A DNA stretch of 64,000 bases from a virus. The stretch is taken from positions 1 to 64,000 of the IMG/VR virus record IMGVR_UViG_3300029454_000001; one strand, given 5' to 3'. The translations under genes were made by a program, and so were the position numbers. This document shows positions 6,742 through 16,008 of this stretch, in pieces. How positions within the stretch are numbered: the stretch's first letter is position 1; each line of letters starts with the position of its first letter. The notes below the pieces were generated by a model. That model ran no database searches. It was not told the origin of the DNA and worked only from the letters and a program-made list of their open reading frames with translations.

Positions 6742-9700
6742 TTATATTGATTTGCCTAACAATTGTTTGATTTCTGCAAGTTCTTCTTTAATGCTTTTTA
6801 ATTCAGATTTCAATTTTTCATTCTCGCATTTGAGTTCCTTGATTTTCTCGTGATTGAATTTTATCATAGCGAACATGGATGGAATCATAATTCTGTAATT
6901 CCAATCCTCGGGCTTCCCATCTGGCAAATGGTTTACTGCAATTGGGAAACGTCTTTCCATGTCCTCTGCAAGGAACATAGGCATTAACTTGTCATATCTG
7001 CTGTCGTTTTTATCGAGATATCCTTCTTTATACTTTGCCCAAACAACCTTTGTCCTATATAGTTCTTCCAGCTCTTCTTCTTTAACTGTTGTCCGAATTG
7101 ACTTATAACGCCAAGAAGATGATGGGACTTTAATAACCATTCCATCTGAATTAATACCCAAGTGTGTTCCGTCTGTAATATTTCCCATATTTTCAAGACA
7201 GAAAAAATTCGTAGCATCACCGAAACCGCTTAGTGGATTTCTGATTTTTATGCCGCCATCAATTACAAATCCGCTTCCATTTGCTTTTAGATCAACGCCA
7301 TTTATGGTTACCATGTTGTTTTTCGCATCAAGTACAATGGCACCGTTTGCAGAGGTTAATTTTCCATTTGTTTTATCAATCTGCCAGTTTCCAATTTCCC
7401 CAGTTAGCGACTTTACGCTTCCAGAAAATTCGCCTTGGTTAAAATGAACACCTGTATTGTCAATATATCCAACCTGTGTGCCACTTGCATTCAGAATGGA
7501 AAGTAACCCATTTCCGTTATTTGAACCGCCAAGTTTCAATGTACCTCCATGTGCATAGGTGAATGAAAAATACAATTCTCCATTTTCCATGTACATGCCC
7601 TTTATTGCACCGTTGTTTGTAAGCATATTGAACACTTGCTCATTTGTGTAAGCGTATTCAAGTTTTGGCATATAAATATAAGTATCATATTTTACGCTAG
7701 ACCCAACTGATGATGTCAAGATTCTCAAACTGTTTAAACTATCATTTGGTAAGCTAGATAAAGTTGTTGTTACTTGCAGTCTTTGCCATTCAGTTGTAGT
7801 TTTAGCATTTAATATTGTTTTACTTCCAAGATACACATATACTTGTGTTGCAACACTAGTTTTTATCCAAAACGAAAAAGTATAATTTCCAGTAACTTTT
7901 ATTGGCTTATAATTTTTCGTTCCAAATTGTGCTCCAGTTCCGTTTATTTTAATTGCATTTTTGCCGCCATCTACATCCTGAACTCCATACTCATATGTAT
8001 ATGCACTCTGTGTAGACCAATAATCTTTAACATTTTGTTCTGTTAGATAATAGCCTTTAATAATATTGTCCGATGTAATATCTTGGACTTGTTTTATAGC
8101 TTCTTCCTGTGCTATATCAGTAACGCTTTTATCTCCTAATGTAAACTGTGAAGCTGCTATTGTTACTGCACCAGTAGTTTTGTCAATAGCAAAAGTGGTC
8201 TTTCCATTGCTATCAACAACCTTAATACCTTTGGCTTGCACGTATTCTCCGTTTACATAGACATTTCCGTTTTCATCCAAGTAAATCCCCTGTGCCTTGC
8301 CGCCATTGGTGAGTTTGTTGAAAATATCGGCTTGTGTCTGTCCAGAAACTGCGGTGCTGGCAGAAGAATCTGCAATTTCCTTTACTGTTTTGCCTTGTAA
8401 GGAAAAAGTTTTTGGAGCTAGGATGACGTTTCCTTTGCTGTCGATTTCTAAGGTTACGTTCTTGTCATCATTAATGACTTTTAGCCCACGACCATTAATT
8501 CTCTCACCGGCAAGCAATCCAGCTAAAATGTATTTTGCATTGATATATACTTTTCCATCTTGAATATAGATTCCCTGTTCCGTTCCGCCTTTTGTAAGCT
8601 TATTAAACACTTCATCCTGTCCAAGACTGGTATCGTAATTATCAATTGCATTTTTGATATCGTCTTTGTCTGCGTACTTGAAGTCAATCCAATCGGATGC
8701 AGTAAAGTCACCATTAATACGATTTACAAAAGAAGTTTTGAGAGAAGCCTTTCCTTCACTATTAGTTGTTACCCACAAGTCGCCTTCGTAATATGGTGGT
8801 TTCGGCTGAACCATATAGACAGATGACTTCCCATCTATCTTGTCCAATAATTCATCTGGAATTGATTGTGGTTGCCAGATGCCAGATTTGTATATCCACT
8901 GGGTGTTATCCGTGGTATTATGCCAAAGATCGCCTTCATGCTCTACCTTCTCAGATTCCCATACCAAAACAATTTCATTCCCGGATTCATCCAGAATCTT
9001 GTTTCCGTCAATATCACACCATGGATATTCCTCTGTTTTTGTCCATTTTACAGATGGATCGTTTGGCTGATACCAAGTCTCAATTTTCCCGTCTATCTGC
9101 GTCTTTAAAGAATTAAGTGAATCTTTAAAAACACCATTGATAAATAAGTCTAAAGAGCTATCATCCGTATACTTTGAAGCCTTTTCCCAATCATCCACTG
9201 AATAAGAGCCGCTTGCTCTGGCAACCTTACATCTCATCAAGTCACCATTAGAGCCTTGCGTCCATAAGTCTCCAATGTCATAAGGTGGTTCTGGCTGAAC
9301 TACGAATACTCTGCGCTTATGATTTGCTGTGTCCTGTGCTTTTTCTGCGGCGGCAAGTGCTAACGTGATATCAGTATCTTGCACCAATTGCCATTTCCAT
9401 GTTGCCCCATCTTGCATAAAACGGTAAGCATATCCCTTGGATTTCCAGTAAAACAAGTCACCCTCATGTTTCTTTCGTTCTTCGTTTGTAGTCCATCCAG
9501 AAGCCGGGATATTCTGTAAGGTTGGTTCATAATCATAAAAAAAAGTCTCAATCTGTCCATCGATTTGAGACTGCAAATTATTGATATCGGTTGTGTATGT
9601 ATTGCTTATAAAATTATTTACTTCTGTTTCTGCTTTTTCCTTTGCAATTGCATTAACATCTTTTCCCTTGATTTGTACTGAGTCTGCATTAATAACAACC

Positions 9701-11265
9701 CTTCCTGTTGTTACATCAACCAGGAAAGTTGTATTTCCGTCTTTGTCAATTGCTTTAATAGTTCCTGTATTAATCCAGTCAGCATTAACGCCTGTGGCAG
9801 TAAGGATTCTGGCAATTACATCACCATCAACCGTCATGCCGCCATTCCAATGTTGTCCACCATCTGTAGATACAGCCCACGCTTCCGCAGTCATTTTCCA
9901 TATAATGTCAGAATCGGATAACTGCGGCTTGTTATGAAGATAATAGATGTTGCTTCCGTCCGGCTGTGTTTCCACAGTAGTATATGTACCGGAAGATTCA
10001 GACAATCTTTGAGACAATTCTTCAATTGCCTTTTCTCTTGCGGTGCGTTCATCTTTTAAGTTCTTTTTGCTTTCGGCTTGCACCTGTTGGCTTAGTGTAT
10101 ACTGCTTTTGCTTATTCCTAGATACGCTTTTAGCACTGCACTCAAGTTGCTCAAATGCGCCTGGATTCAAAGTAACAGAAGTTAGGAAGCTCTTGTACTG
10201 TTTTCCGTTTCTATCGGAAATCGCAATGGTGTCACCAGCTTCCCATGCAATATTTGTTAAAGCACCAGTAGAAAACGGTCTGAATTTCATTCCAACACAT
10301 CTGTCTGAAATAATCTTGCAGATTGCTTCTCCTGTTCCCTCTTGAATTAGCTTATTATCACTTATTTCGATAACGTAGCCAGATTTCCCCGACTGATATG
10401 TTTTCGCTTCATTTTTAGAAGAATTTTCAACGTATTCTGTAACTTTTATACCTGTTATTTCAAGATCATACAGCCACGGAGTAAATCCGTTTGTTTGAAT
10501 TGCTGTAATCCCAGTCTGCATGATAGTAATGATTTGTTCACCAGTGGTATCTAATATGTCGTTACCTTCTACATCTTTCCATGGAGTTTCCACCAAATCA
10601 TAAAAATTATCCGGGACTTCACGTTCGTACCATCCAAAGCATAAGCGACCATATTCGTCACATTTTGCCCACTGGCAGCCCATCTGTGCTACCCATGCAA
10701 TTACCTGTCTGAAAGTAATGCTGCTATCATCTGGTCGATTCTGGATTATGAAATCATCGTTATCAAATCTTGTAGATTGCAGTGTTACTCCACAGACTTT
10801 ACAAGCATCTTGAATAATTTGCAATCTTGTTGCCGGATAAGTCAGTTTACTTTCTGAATAATCACGATCAAATAATCGCATTGAATCTTCGCAAGTTAGG
10901 CTGATAATTGCAGTGCTTTGATATGGCGCATCTGTTACCGTCATAGTACAGATACGGATTTTTTCAATACCAGTAGATAATTCAAGTCCAATATGGCAAA
11001 CAACCCTTGCTCCATCCCAAATGTAATCTGTGTACTTGCCAGAAAAGTTGTTGATCTGCAAAGTCAGTTTATTTATAATAGCTGCGCCAATATCAAAGGA
11101 ACCATTTTGTGATACTGCATCCTCAAACTTGAAGCCGTTAGACCATAAATCTTTGTCGGTAATGGATAATGTGCTTCCGTCCGTAAAGGTAAAATCTGCA
11201 TATTTCAGATAGTTACGATTCCCACTATTCTGTTGTTCTTTAAATTTCGTTGATAAATTTCGCAT
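6742..11265 (-). CDS. Tail-associated (Tal-like N-terminus) giant fiber / anti-receptor with C-terminal intramolecular chaperone (Peptidase_S74-like) domain
   Basis: 1507 aa. N-terminus resembles siphovirus tail endopeptidase / minor structural protein. Three FN(K/M)LT..G..G(I/M)Y..G..Y repeats and repeated PPY..GDLW motifs. C-terminus SSSWRYKSI..ELY..VWAKY plus a coiled coil is typical of auto-cleaving chaperone domains. Confidence 0.85.
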   Translation of the reverse strand: MRNLSTKFKEQQNSGNRNYLKYADFTFTDGSTLSITDKDLWSNGFKFEDAVSQNGSFDIGAAIINKLTLQINNFSGKYTDYIWDGARVVCHIGLELSTGIEKIRICTMTVTDAPYQSTAIISLTCEDSMRLFDRDYSESKLTYPATRLQIIQDACKVCGVTLQSTRFDNDDFIIQNRPDDSSITFRQVIAWVAQMGCQWAKCDEYGRLCFGWYEREVPDNFYDLVETPWKDVEGNDILDTTGEQIITIMQTGITAIQTNGFTPWLYDLEITGIKVTEYVENSSKNEAKTYQSGKSGYVIEISDNKLIQEGTGEAICKIISDRCVGMKFRPFSTGALTNIAWEAGDTIAISDRNGKQYKSFLTSVTLNPGAFEQLECSAKSVSRNKQKQYTLSQQVQAESKKNLKDERTAREKAIEELSQRLSESSGTYTTVETQPDGSNIYYLHNKPQLSDSDIIWKMTAEAWAVSTDGGQHWNGGMTVDGDVIARILTATGVNADWINTGTIKAIDKDGNTTFLVDVTTGRVVINADSVQIKGKDVNAIAKEKAETEVNNFISNTYTTDINNLQSQIDGQIETFFYDYEPTLQNIPASGWTTNEERKKHEGDLFYWKSKGYAYRFMQDGATWKWQLVQDTDITLALAAAEKAQDTANHKRRVFVVQPEPPYDIGDLWTQGSNGDLMRCKVARASGSYSVDDWEKASKYTDDSSLDLFINGVFKDSLNSLKTQIDGKIETWYQPNDPSVKWTKTEEYPWCDIDGNKILDESGNEIVLVWESEKVEHEGDLWHNTTDNTQWIYKSGIWQPQSIPDELLDKIDGKSSVYMVQPKPPYYEGDLWVTTNSEGKASLKTSFVNRINGDFTASDWIDFKYADKDDIKNAIDNYDTSLGQDEVFNKLTKGGTEQGIYIQDGKVYINAKYILAGLLAGERINGRGLKVINDDKNVTLEIDSKGNVILAPKTFSLQGKTVKEIADSSASTAVSGQTQADIFNKLTNGGKAQGIYLDENGNVYVNGEYVQAKGIKVVDSNGKTTFAIDKTTGAVTIAASQFTLGDKSVTDIAQEEAIKQVQDITSDNIIKGYYLTEQNVKDYWSTQSAYTYEYGVQDVDGGKNAIKINGTGAQFGTKNYKPIKVTGNYTFSFWIKTSVATQVYVYLGSKTILNAKTTTEWQRLQVTTTLSSLPNDSLNSLRILTSSVGSSVKYDTYIYMPKLEYAYTNEQVFNMLTNNGAIKGMYMENGELYFSFTYAHGGTLKLGGSNNGNGLLSILNASGTQVGYIDNTGVHFNQGEFSGSVKSLTGEIGNWQIDKTNGKLTSANGAIVLDAKNNMVTINGVDLKANGSGFVIDGGIKIRNPLSGFGDATNFFCLENMGNITDGTHLGINSDGMVIKVPSSSWRYKSIRTTVKEEELEELYRTKVVWAKYKEGYLDKNDSRYDKLMPMFLAEDMERRFPIAVNHLPDGKPEDWNYRIMIPSMFAMIKFNHEKIKELKCENEKLKSELKSIKEELAEIKQLLGKSI

Positions 11266-11268
11266 ATC

Positions 11269-11634
11269 TTACCTCTCGATAAAGTCAAAACTAAGTCCTT
11301 CCATGCGCTCATTTCCAGCCCACCAGCACTTAAAGGGTGATTCCCTGTCCCCAACATAAAATGTTCTGGTTTCGTGCTTATTTGCAGATAGCAGGTCTGG
11401 ATATGTGACCTGTATGTACTCTGGGTTTACCGCCTGTATAATCTTGCAAGCAGTGTCCCAGTCTGGGGCATTCCAACCTACAGACAGCTTTCGTTTCTGT
11501 CCAACTCTGTTTTTGTGCATGGTCGTATCGTCTGTTCTGCCGGATTCTGATGCCGATATATCCTGTAATCCCCATGTAAAAGAAGAAGGACAGGGCAATG
11601 CTACCCCATCCACTTTAAGAAATACTTCTGCCAT
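11269..11634 (-). CDS. Small tail component (Dit-position, DUF6711-like)
   Basis: Directly upstream of the Tal-like gene with a 3-nt gap. The pattern LKVDGVALPCPSSFTWGLQDISASESGRTDD..MHKNRVGQKRKL..W matches a siphophage tail family as I recall it. Confidence 0.45.
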   Translation of the reverse strand: MAEVFLKVDGVALPCPSSFTWGLQDISASESGRTDDTTMHKNRVGQKRKLSVGWNAPDWDTACKIIQAVNPEYIQVTYPDLLSANKHETRTFYVGDRESPFKCWWAGNERMEGLSFDFIER

Positions 11635-11677
11635 ATATTCACCTACTTTAGCACTCTGATTTCAAATTAGAGTGCTC

Positions 11678-12394
11678 TCAAGCAATCATTTTAGTTGCTT
11701 CACTTTGAACAAATTCTTTAATTTGCTGATATCCCCATCCGCAATTAATAAGGCTGCTTACAAGCATTTCCATATTTTGTACTTTTGCTAAGTCATCACC
11801 TGTGAAGAAATCTCTAAGATTTTCTTTTGCTTTTACCCCATAATCACTTTCAAGCTCTTTGGCTGTTTTTCCGAATAAATTACGATAAATTAAATTTGTG
11901 TAATTTGGATAAGCAAATCTTTTATTTTGGCTTTCCGTTATTTTCATCTTAATTGTATCTGTTAGGATATGTCGAATAACAACACCCTTGTCACGCTCGA
12001 TTTGCCATTGCTGACGTTCTGTATGAATTCTTTTTAATTCAGATTCCATTTTATTAAAAGCGTCAATGTATTTAAGTTTCCACTGTAATGCTTTTTCACC
12101 ATTAAATCCCATGGCTAACAAGGAAAATCCATCTCTTGTTATAAGGTATTCGGTATACTCACGATTGTTTTCTCCGATATAAGAAGTTTTTATAAAATAA
12201 TCAGAAAGGGGGATATCTCCCCTTTGAGAAATCTGTGTTACAAGACCTAAATGTTTGGTTTTACCCTCTGCGTCAACTTGTCCTTCAATTGCCCTTATTA
12301 CTTCCTTGTGCTCTTTTTCGAAAGATTCTGCGATTTTTCTTGACGTAGTAAGTAACTTTTCTTCGTATCTTTTTCCAACGATTTCTACCAGCAT
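11678..12394 (-). CDS. Rha-family phage regulatory protein (paralog 1)
   Basis: TTSRKIAESFEKEHKEVIRAIE..YLITRDGFSLLAMGFNGEKALQWKLKYIDAFNKME is the Phage_pRha pattern. The C-terminus is shared with 20466..21113. Confidence 0.8.
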   Translation of the reverse strand: MLVEIVGKRYEEKLLTTSRKIAESFEKEHKEVIRAIEGQVDAEGKTKHLGLVTQISQRGDIPLSDYFIKTSYIGENNREYTEYLITRDGFSLLAMGFNGEKALQWKLKYIDAFNKMESELKRIHTERQQWQIERDKGVVIRHILTDTIKMKITESQNKRFAYPNYTNLIYRNLFGKTAKELESDYGVKAKENLRDFFTGDDLAKVQNMEMLVSSLINCGWGYQQIKEFVQSEATKMIA

Positions 12395-12429
12395 AAATTC
12401 ATATCTCCTTTATGATTTATTTTTTGGCA

Positions 12430-12464
12430 ACAAAAAAGCGCCTACCCCGAAAGGTAAACGCTTT
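12430..12464 (-). terminator. Rho-independent terminator between the HNH operon and the Rha gene
   Basis: Minus strand AAAGCGUUUACC-UUUCGG-GGUAGGCGCUUU followed by UUUUUUG. Confidence 0.55.
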
Positions 12465-12530
12465 AAAAATTGCTTATTATGATTTTATAGTATAACATAC
12501 GGTGAACGTATCATTCAGTATACTTCGGTA

Positions 12531-12647
12531 TCATTTAAAATTCTTTTCTTTCTCAAAAAGAGTGTGTGCAAATGCATGAATCATTGCAATAAAAGTTATA
12601 TTGTGCATTTTTTCAACCATCTCAATAAGTTCCTCTTTATAATTCAT
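12531..12647 (-). CDS. Possible 38-aa ORF translationally coupled to the HNH gene
   Basis: ATGA overlap with the HNH stop. My translation MNYKEELIEMVEKMHNITFIAMIHAFAHTLFEKEKNFK. Confidence 0.3.
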   Translation of the reverse strand: MNYKEELIEMVEKMHNITFIAMIHAFAHTLFEKEKNFK

Positions 12648-12940
12648 TCCACAATTCCTCCTAACACTCTAATCAACTTCTGTTTGCGGTTATACTTCAA
12701 AATCTCGGAAATCTGCCCCATCATATCATCCATTGTCATGTTGCTCTTCATGCTGTTGCAACGCTTACACGCCAGCTGCAGATTCTTAATATCATTGGTG
12801 CCGCCACGAGACAACGGCATAATGTGGTCGATTGTCATTTTCTTAAATTTGACTGGCTTACCGCATATCGCACATTTTCCGTTGCATTTGGCGTACACAC
12901 TCTTTTTCTGAAAGTCATTGAACTGGATTCTATTTGCCAT
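12644..12940 (-). CDS. HNH endonuclease (98 aa)
   Basis: CNGKCAICGKPV..IDHIMPLSRGGTNDIKNLQLACKRCNSMK. Start moved to the internal Met just downstream of the stop of 12945..13196. Confidence 0.8.
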   Translation of the reverse strand: MANRIQFNDFQKKSVYAKCNGKCAICGKPVKFKKMTIDHIMPLSRGGTNDIKNLQLACKRCNSMKSNMTMDDMMGQISEILKYNRKQKLIRVLGGIVE

Positions 12941-12944
12941 ACGA

Positions 12945-13196
12945 TCACGCTTTCTGCTCCATAGATTCAAGAGCCTTAAATTTCTGTCTTGCTTTATTGG
13001 CATAATCGCTCAAAATCAACAATTTCATTGTCATAAATTGCTTGTTATATGCAAACTGCCATTTTTTCAGTTCGTCCATCTCTTCTGTGCTGTTAAATCC
13101 ATACTGTTCCATGAAATCATCCACAAGAAACTTGATTTTATCAATAGTGTCTTCTACTTCGAACATTGTGTCTTCTCTATCCATATTTTCTGCCAT
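12945..13196 (-). CDS. Hypothetical protein (83 aa)
   Basis: ORF track. RBS CAGGAGGAAAATAAA upstream. Confidence 0.55.
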   Translation of the reverse strand: MAENMDREDTMFEVEDTIDKIKFLVDDFMEQYGFNSTEEMDELKKWQFAYNKQFMTMKLLILSDYANKARQKFKALESMEQKA

Positions 13197-13232
13197 TTTA
13201 TTTTCCTCCTGTGTATCCCTGTAAGAATCTAA

Positions 13233-14054
13233 TTATGCAATTTCTACTCTGTATGCAATCATCATTTCTTTAATCACGCTAACGTAAATATCTTTCAGCC
13301 GCTTATTCTGCATAATCACGGACAGTTTGTTAATCTGGTTGGTCTGTGCCTTGGTGCAGCCTCTTTCTTCGGCTCTGGAAATCGCATTTCTAAGTTGCTG
13401 ATCTAATCGGCAACCAGCTCTGTCTGATAATCTGCGGTAGCTTTCGTTTCTGGCGGCGGCATATTTATTCCCGAATGAGTAAGAGAAATCATCGCTCTCG
13501 GCAATCTTTGAAATACATCTGTTTACCCACTTCTCTGTGCCAACATCGGAATCCGTCCCCTTGAAAGTATCAATGATGGTTTTCATGTTCTTCTCTTGTT
13601 GGTCGGCACGTTCCGCAAGTTTCTTCTGTTCCAGTTCGGTCTTGGCTACCTGTTGGAAAATCTGATTGAACATTTGCAGTTCGGGGGACAATTTAGAATA
13701 ATCAATTACTTGTTGTTTTACCTTTTCTTCAAGTCTAGTAAAATATTCTCTAGCTTCTTCTGCTTTTTCGCTATTACCTTTTACCGATAACTTCTTTGCA
13801 AAATGAGCAGTAATTTTGTAGTCCTTAGTAGCCTGCCCTCCCCATTCGTCATTAATGACGAATGCCCAATAATCAACGTTTTCCTCTGCAAATTCATTTC
13901 CTGTAATGTTGCTTTTGCACCATCTTGAATAATTGCTAGAATCCAATTCTAAAAAGGCATATAACTTTCTGGCAGTAGTCATTCCCTCTTCATCAATACC
14001 AAGTGCGATTTCAATAGGTGTCCGGTTTGCTGTGTTAATTGTGATTTCGTTCAT
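13233..14054 (-). CDS. AntA/AntB-type antirepressor-like protein
   Basis: N-terminus TARKLYAFLELDSSNYSRWCKSNITGNEFAEENVDYWAF fits the AntA domain pattern. Coiled-coil C-terminal half. Confidence 0.7.
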   Translation of the reverse strand: MNEITINTANRTPIEIALGIDEEGMTTARKLYAFLELDSSNYSRWCKSNITGNEFAEENVDYWAFVINDEWGGQATKDYKITAHFAKKLSVKGNSEKAEEAREYFTRLEEKVKQQVIDYSKLSPELQMFNQIFQQVAKTELEQKKLAERADQQEKNMKTIIDTFKGTDSDVGTEKWVNRCISKIAESDDFSYSFGNKYAAARNESYRRLSDRAGCRLDQQLRNAISRAEERGCTKAQTNQINKLSVIMQNKRLKDIYVSVIKEMMIAYRVEIA

Positions 14055-14178
14055 ATAGAAAATCCTCCTGTTGTTAAAAAATCTATTTGCAAACAGGGGA
14101 TATACAGTGTTATAATTTGCATATCCCCTGTAGGGGGTGTTGTATAAGGGACTGTTTCTTTCCTAGGGAGCCAGTTCC

Positions 14179-14361
14179 TTATTTTTCGCCTATTTCATCT
14201 TCTATTAGACCGATTCCTTTCATAATGGTGTCCGTTCTTGAAATTCCAAGTTCTTCTGCACATTTGTCTATGCGTCCTTTTTCTTCTTTTGTAAGACGAA
14301 TATTGAGCTTTTCCTTTCTTGATTCACCATTTACAGGTGGTCTACCTGTTCTTGGGGACAT
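14179..14361 (-). CDS. Ribbon-helix-helix (CopG/Arc-like) protein, 60 aa
   Basis: Internal Met after AAGGAGGTGAACAAA. RTGRPPVNGESRKEKLNIRLTKEEKGRIDKCAEELGISRTDTIMKGI shows a beta-strand plus two helices pattern. Confidence 0.65.
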   Translation of the reverse strand: MSPRTGRPPVNGESRKEKLNIRLTKEEKGRIDKCAEELGISRTDTIMKGIGLIEDEIGEK

Positions 14362-14515
14362 TTTGTTCACCTCCTTATTTTGTCCTTGCATAATTCATTA
14401 TAATTTATGGGCGTACAAAAGTCAAGAGCATTTTCTATTATTTTAGAAAACGTATCAATCAAGGTTCTCGTCATTATGACGAACACCTTTTTTCTAAAAT
14501 TTTAGTGAAACTAGC

Positions 14516-14941
14516 TTCCACAAAATAATGGAGCCGAAATTTCGGCGGCTTGGGGTTCGACATGAACGTCAAGCCCCTGCTCCCCATTTTTGAGGTTCGC
14601 CACAATGGCAAACGTTAAAATTTACGGTTTGCTATAATCCTGGCGTTTCGTGAAAATCACGATTTGAGCCTCGGACAATTTGACTGAAGTGCTAACCGTC
14701 ATCAAATTGATGATAGTTCAAAATATCAATCATAGAAATAGGGTGCATCAAATTAGAAGCACCCCTATTAAAAATAAAAGGTGTCGAAATTTCTACGCCT
14801 TTTCGCCATGTATGGCTAAAACCCATATAAGCTGCTCAAATTTGTGCACCTTGTATGAATAAACAGTTTGCCATAGTAACGAAAGGTCAATTTGTCCGTT
14901 CGCTTCTCATGGCGAAAAACAGCTCCATAAATTTGTGGAAC
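14516..14941. repeat. Noncoding block bounded by about 20-bp imperfect inverted repeats and packed with AAATTT-centred palindromes
   Basis: Left end GCTTCCACAAAATAATGGAGC and right end GCTCCATAAATTTGTGGAACAGC. Internal palindromes GCCGAAATTTCGGC, CGTGAAAATCACG, CATCAAATTGATG. Pair GGACAATTTGAC / GTCAATTTGTCC. No credible ORF. Confidence 0.4.
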
Positions 14942-15075
14942 AGCTATTAACCGTCTTGAAATTCACGACAGTTTTTTTTACTGACGAATCGTTATTTTTT
15001 TAAATTTCCTATTCCCTTATCCATTTTGGAGTGGTAAAATACAGATATCATACTGATTTAGGGAGGAAAACGCAT

Positions 15076-15972
15076 ATGAAAAAATCAAAAAAGCTACTGG
15101 CAATTTTTACCATAATGTTACTGATTGTCTGTATGGCAGTTCCAGTATCGGCGGCCGGTAAAATTAACAAGAAAGAAGCCACTTTAAAAGTCGGGCAAAC
15201 ATTACAATTAAAAGTGACTGGAACAAAAAGAAAAGTAAAATGGACAAGTAGCAAGAAGTCTGTTGCAACGGTATCTTCTAAAGGACGAGTAAAAGCTAAG
15301 AAAAAAGGATCCGCAACGATTACTGCAAAGGTCGGCAAAAAGAAATACACTTGTAAAGTTACCGTGAAAAAGGTTTCTAACGGCAATGGTGGTTTTGGAG
15401 GAAATCCTAGCACTAACAGTAGCGGTAAGAAGAATATTGTTACATATCATGCAGAATCTACACCGTATGGAGCGGTGGCAATTCTTGAAAATCATTATGA
15501 TTATGCAGTACGTGTTAGAGTTGAGTTTGTTTATTTTTTGAATGGTTCTATGATTGGAACAGATTCTGATAGTATATACGCTTTTGCTCCACATTCAAAA
15601 TGTGCGCTTCAAGGTTGGAACGCTGACAAGACCTGGGATTCTTTCAAAGTTAATTTAAAAATTGAAAAAGCTTCTTCGAGCCTTATTTTGAACAATTCCG
15701 GAATACACTATTCAGCTAATTTTGGAGCTGGAAATGTTATGGTAAAAGTAACTAATAATGGAAAAAGAAACTCTTACACAACTATTGCAGTCGTATTTTA
15801 CAAAGATGGAAGAATAGTTGGATATGATTATCAATTTGCTCACGTTGAAAATCCTGGTTCAACTGCTTATCTTGAATTTAGATTCCCTCACGATAGGAAT
15901 TACGATACAATAACGCCAGATAAATTTGAAGTATATGTTAATGATTCTTACACATATAATTGGATGAACTAA
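15076..15972 (+). CDS. Secreted protein with Big_2 (bacterial Ig-like) domain and an unknown C-terminal domain
   Basis: Signal peptide MKKSKKLLAIFTIMLLIVCMAVPVSAAG. Big_2 pattern ATLKVGQTLQLKVTGTKRKVKWTSSKKSVATVSSKGRVKAKKKGSATITAKV. Plus strand, moron-like. Confidence 0.75.
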   Translation: MKKSKKLLAIFTIMLLIVCMAVPVSAAGKINKKEATLKVGQTLQLKVTGTKRKVKWTSSKKSVATVSSKGRVKAKKKGSATITAKVGKKKYTCKVTVKKVSNGNGGFGGNPSTNSSGKKNIVTYHAESTPYGAVAILENHYDYAVRVRVEFVYFLNGSMIGTDSDSIYAFAPHSKCALQGWNADKTWDSFKVNLKIEKASSSLILNNSGIHYSANFGAGNVMVKVTNNGKRNSYTTIAVVFYKDGRIVGYDYQFAHVENPGSTAYLEFRFPHDRNYDTITPDKFEVYVNDSYTYNWMN

Positions 15973-15978
15973 AATAAA

Positions 15979-16000
15979 GGCTAGGGAGAAATCCCTAGCC
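15979..16000. terminator. Bidirectional terminator hairpin between convergent genes
   Basis: GGCTAGGGA-GAAA-TCCCTAGCC, a 9-bp stem between the stops at 15972 and 16009. Confidence 0.7.
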
Positions 16001-16008
16001 TAATCATT

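Noticed and set aside
14087-14446. ORF 14087..14446 (+), 119 aa
   Set aside because: It is antisense to the well-supported RHH gene (strong RBS and a recognisable fold), and its Cys/Pro/Phe-rich sequence looks like a shadow ORF.
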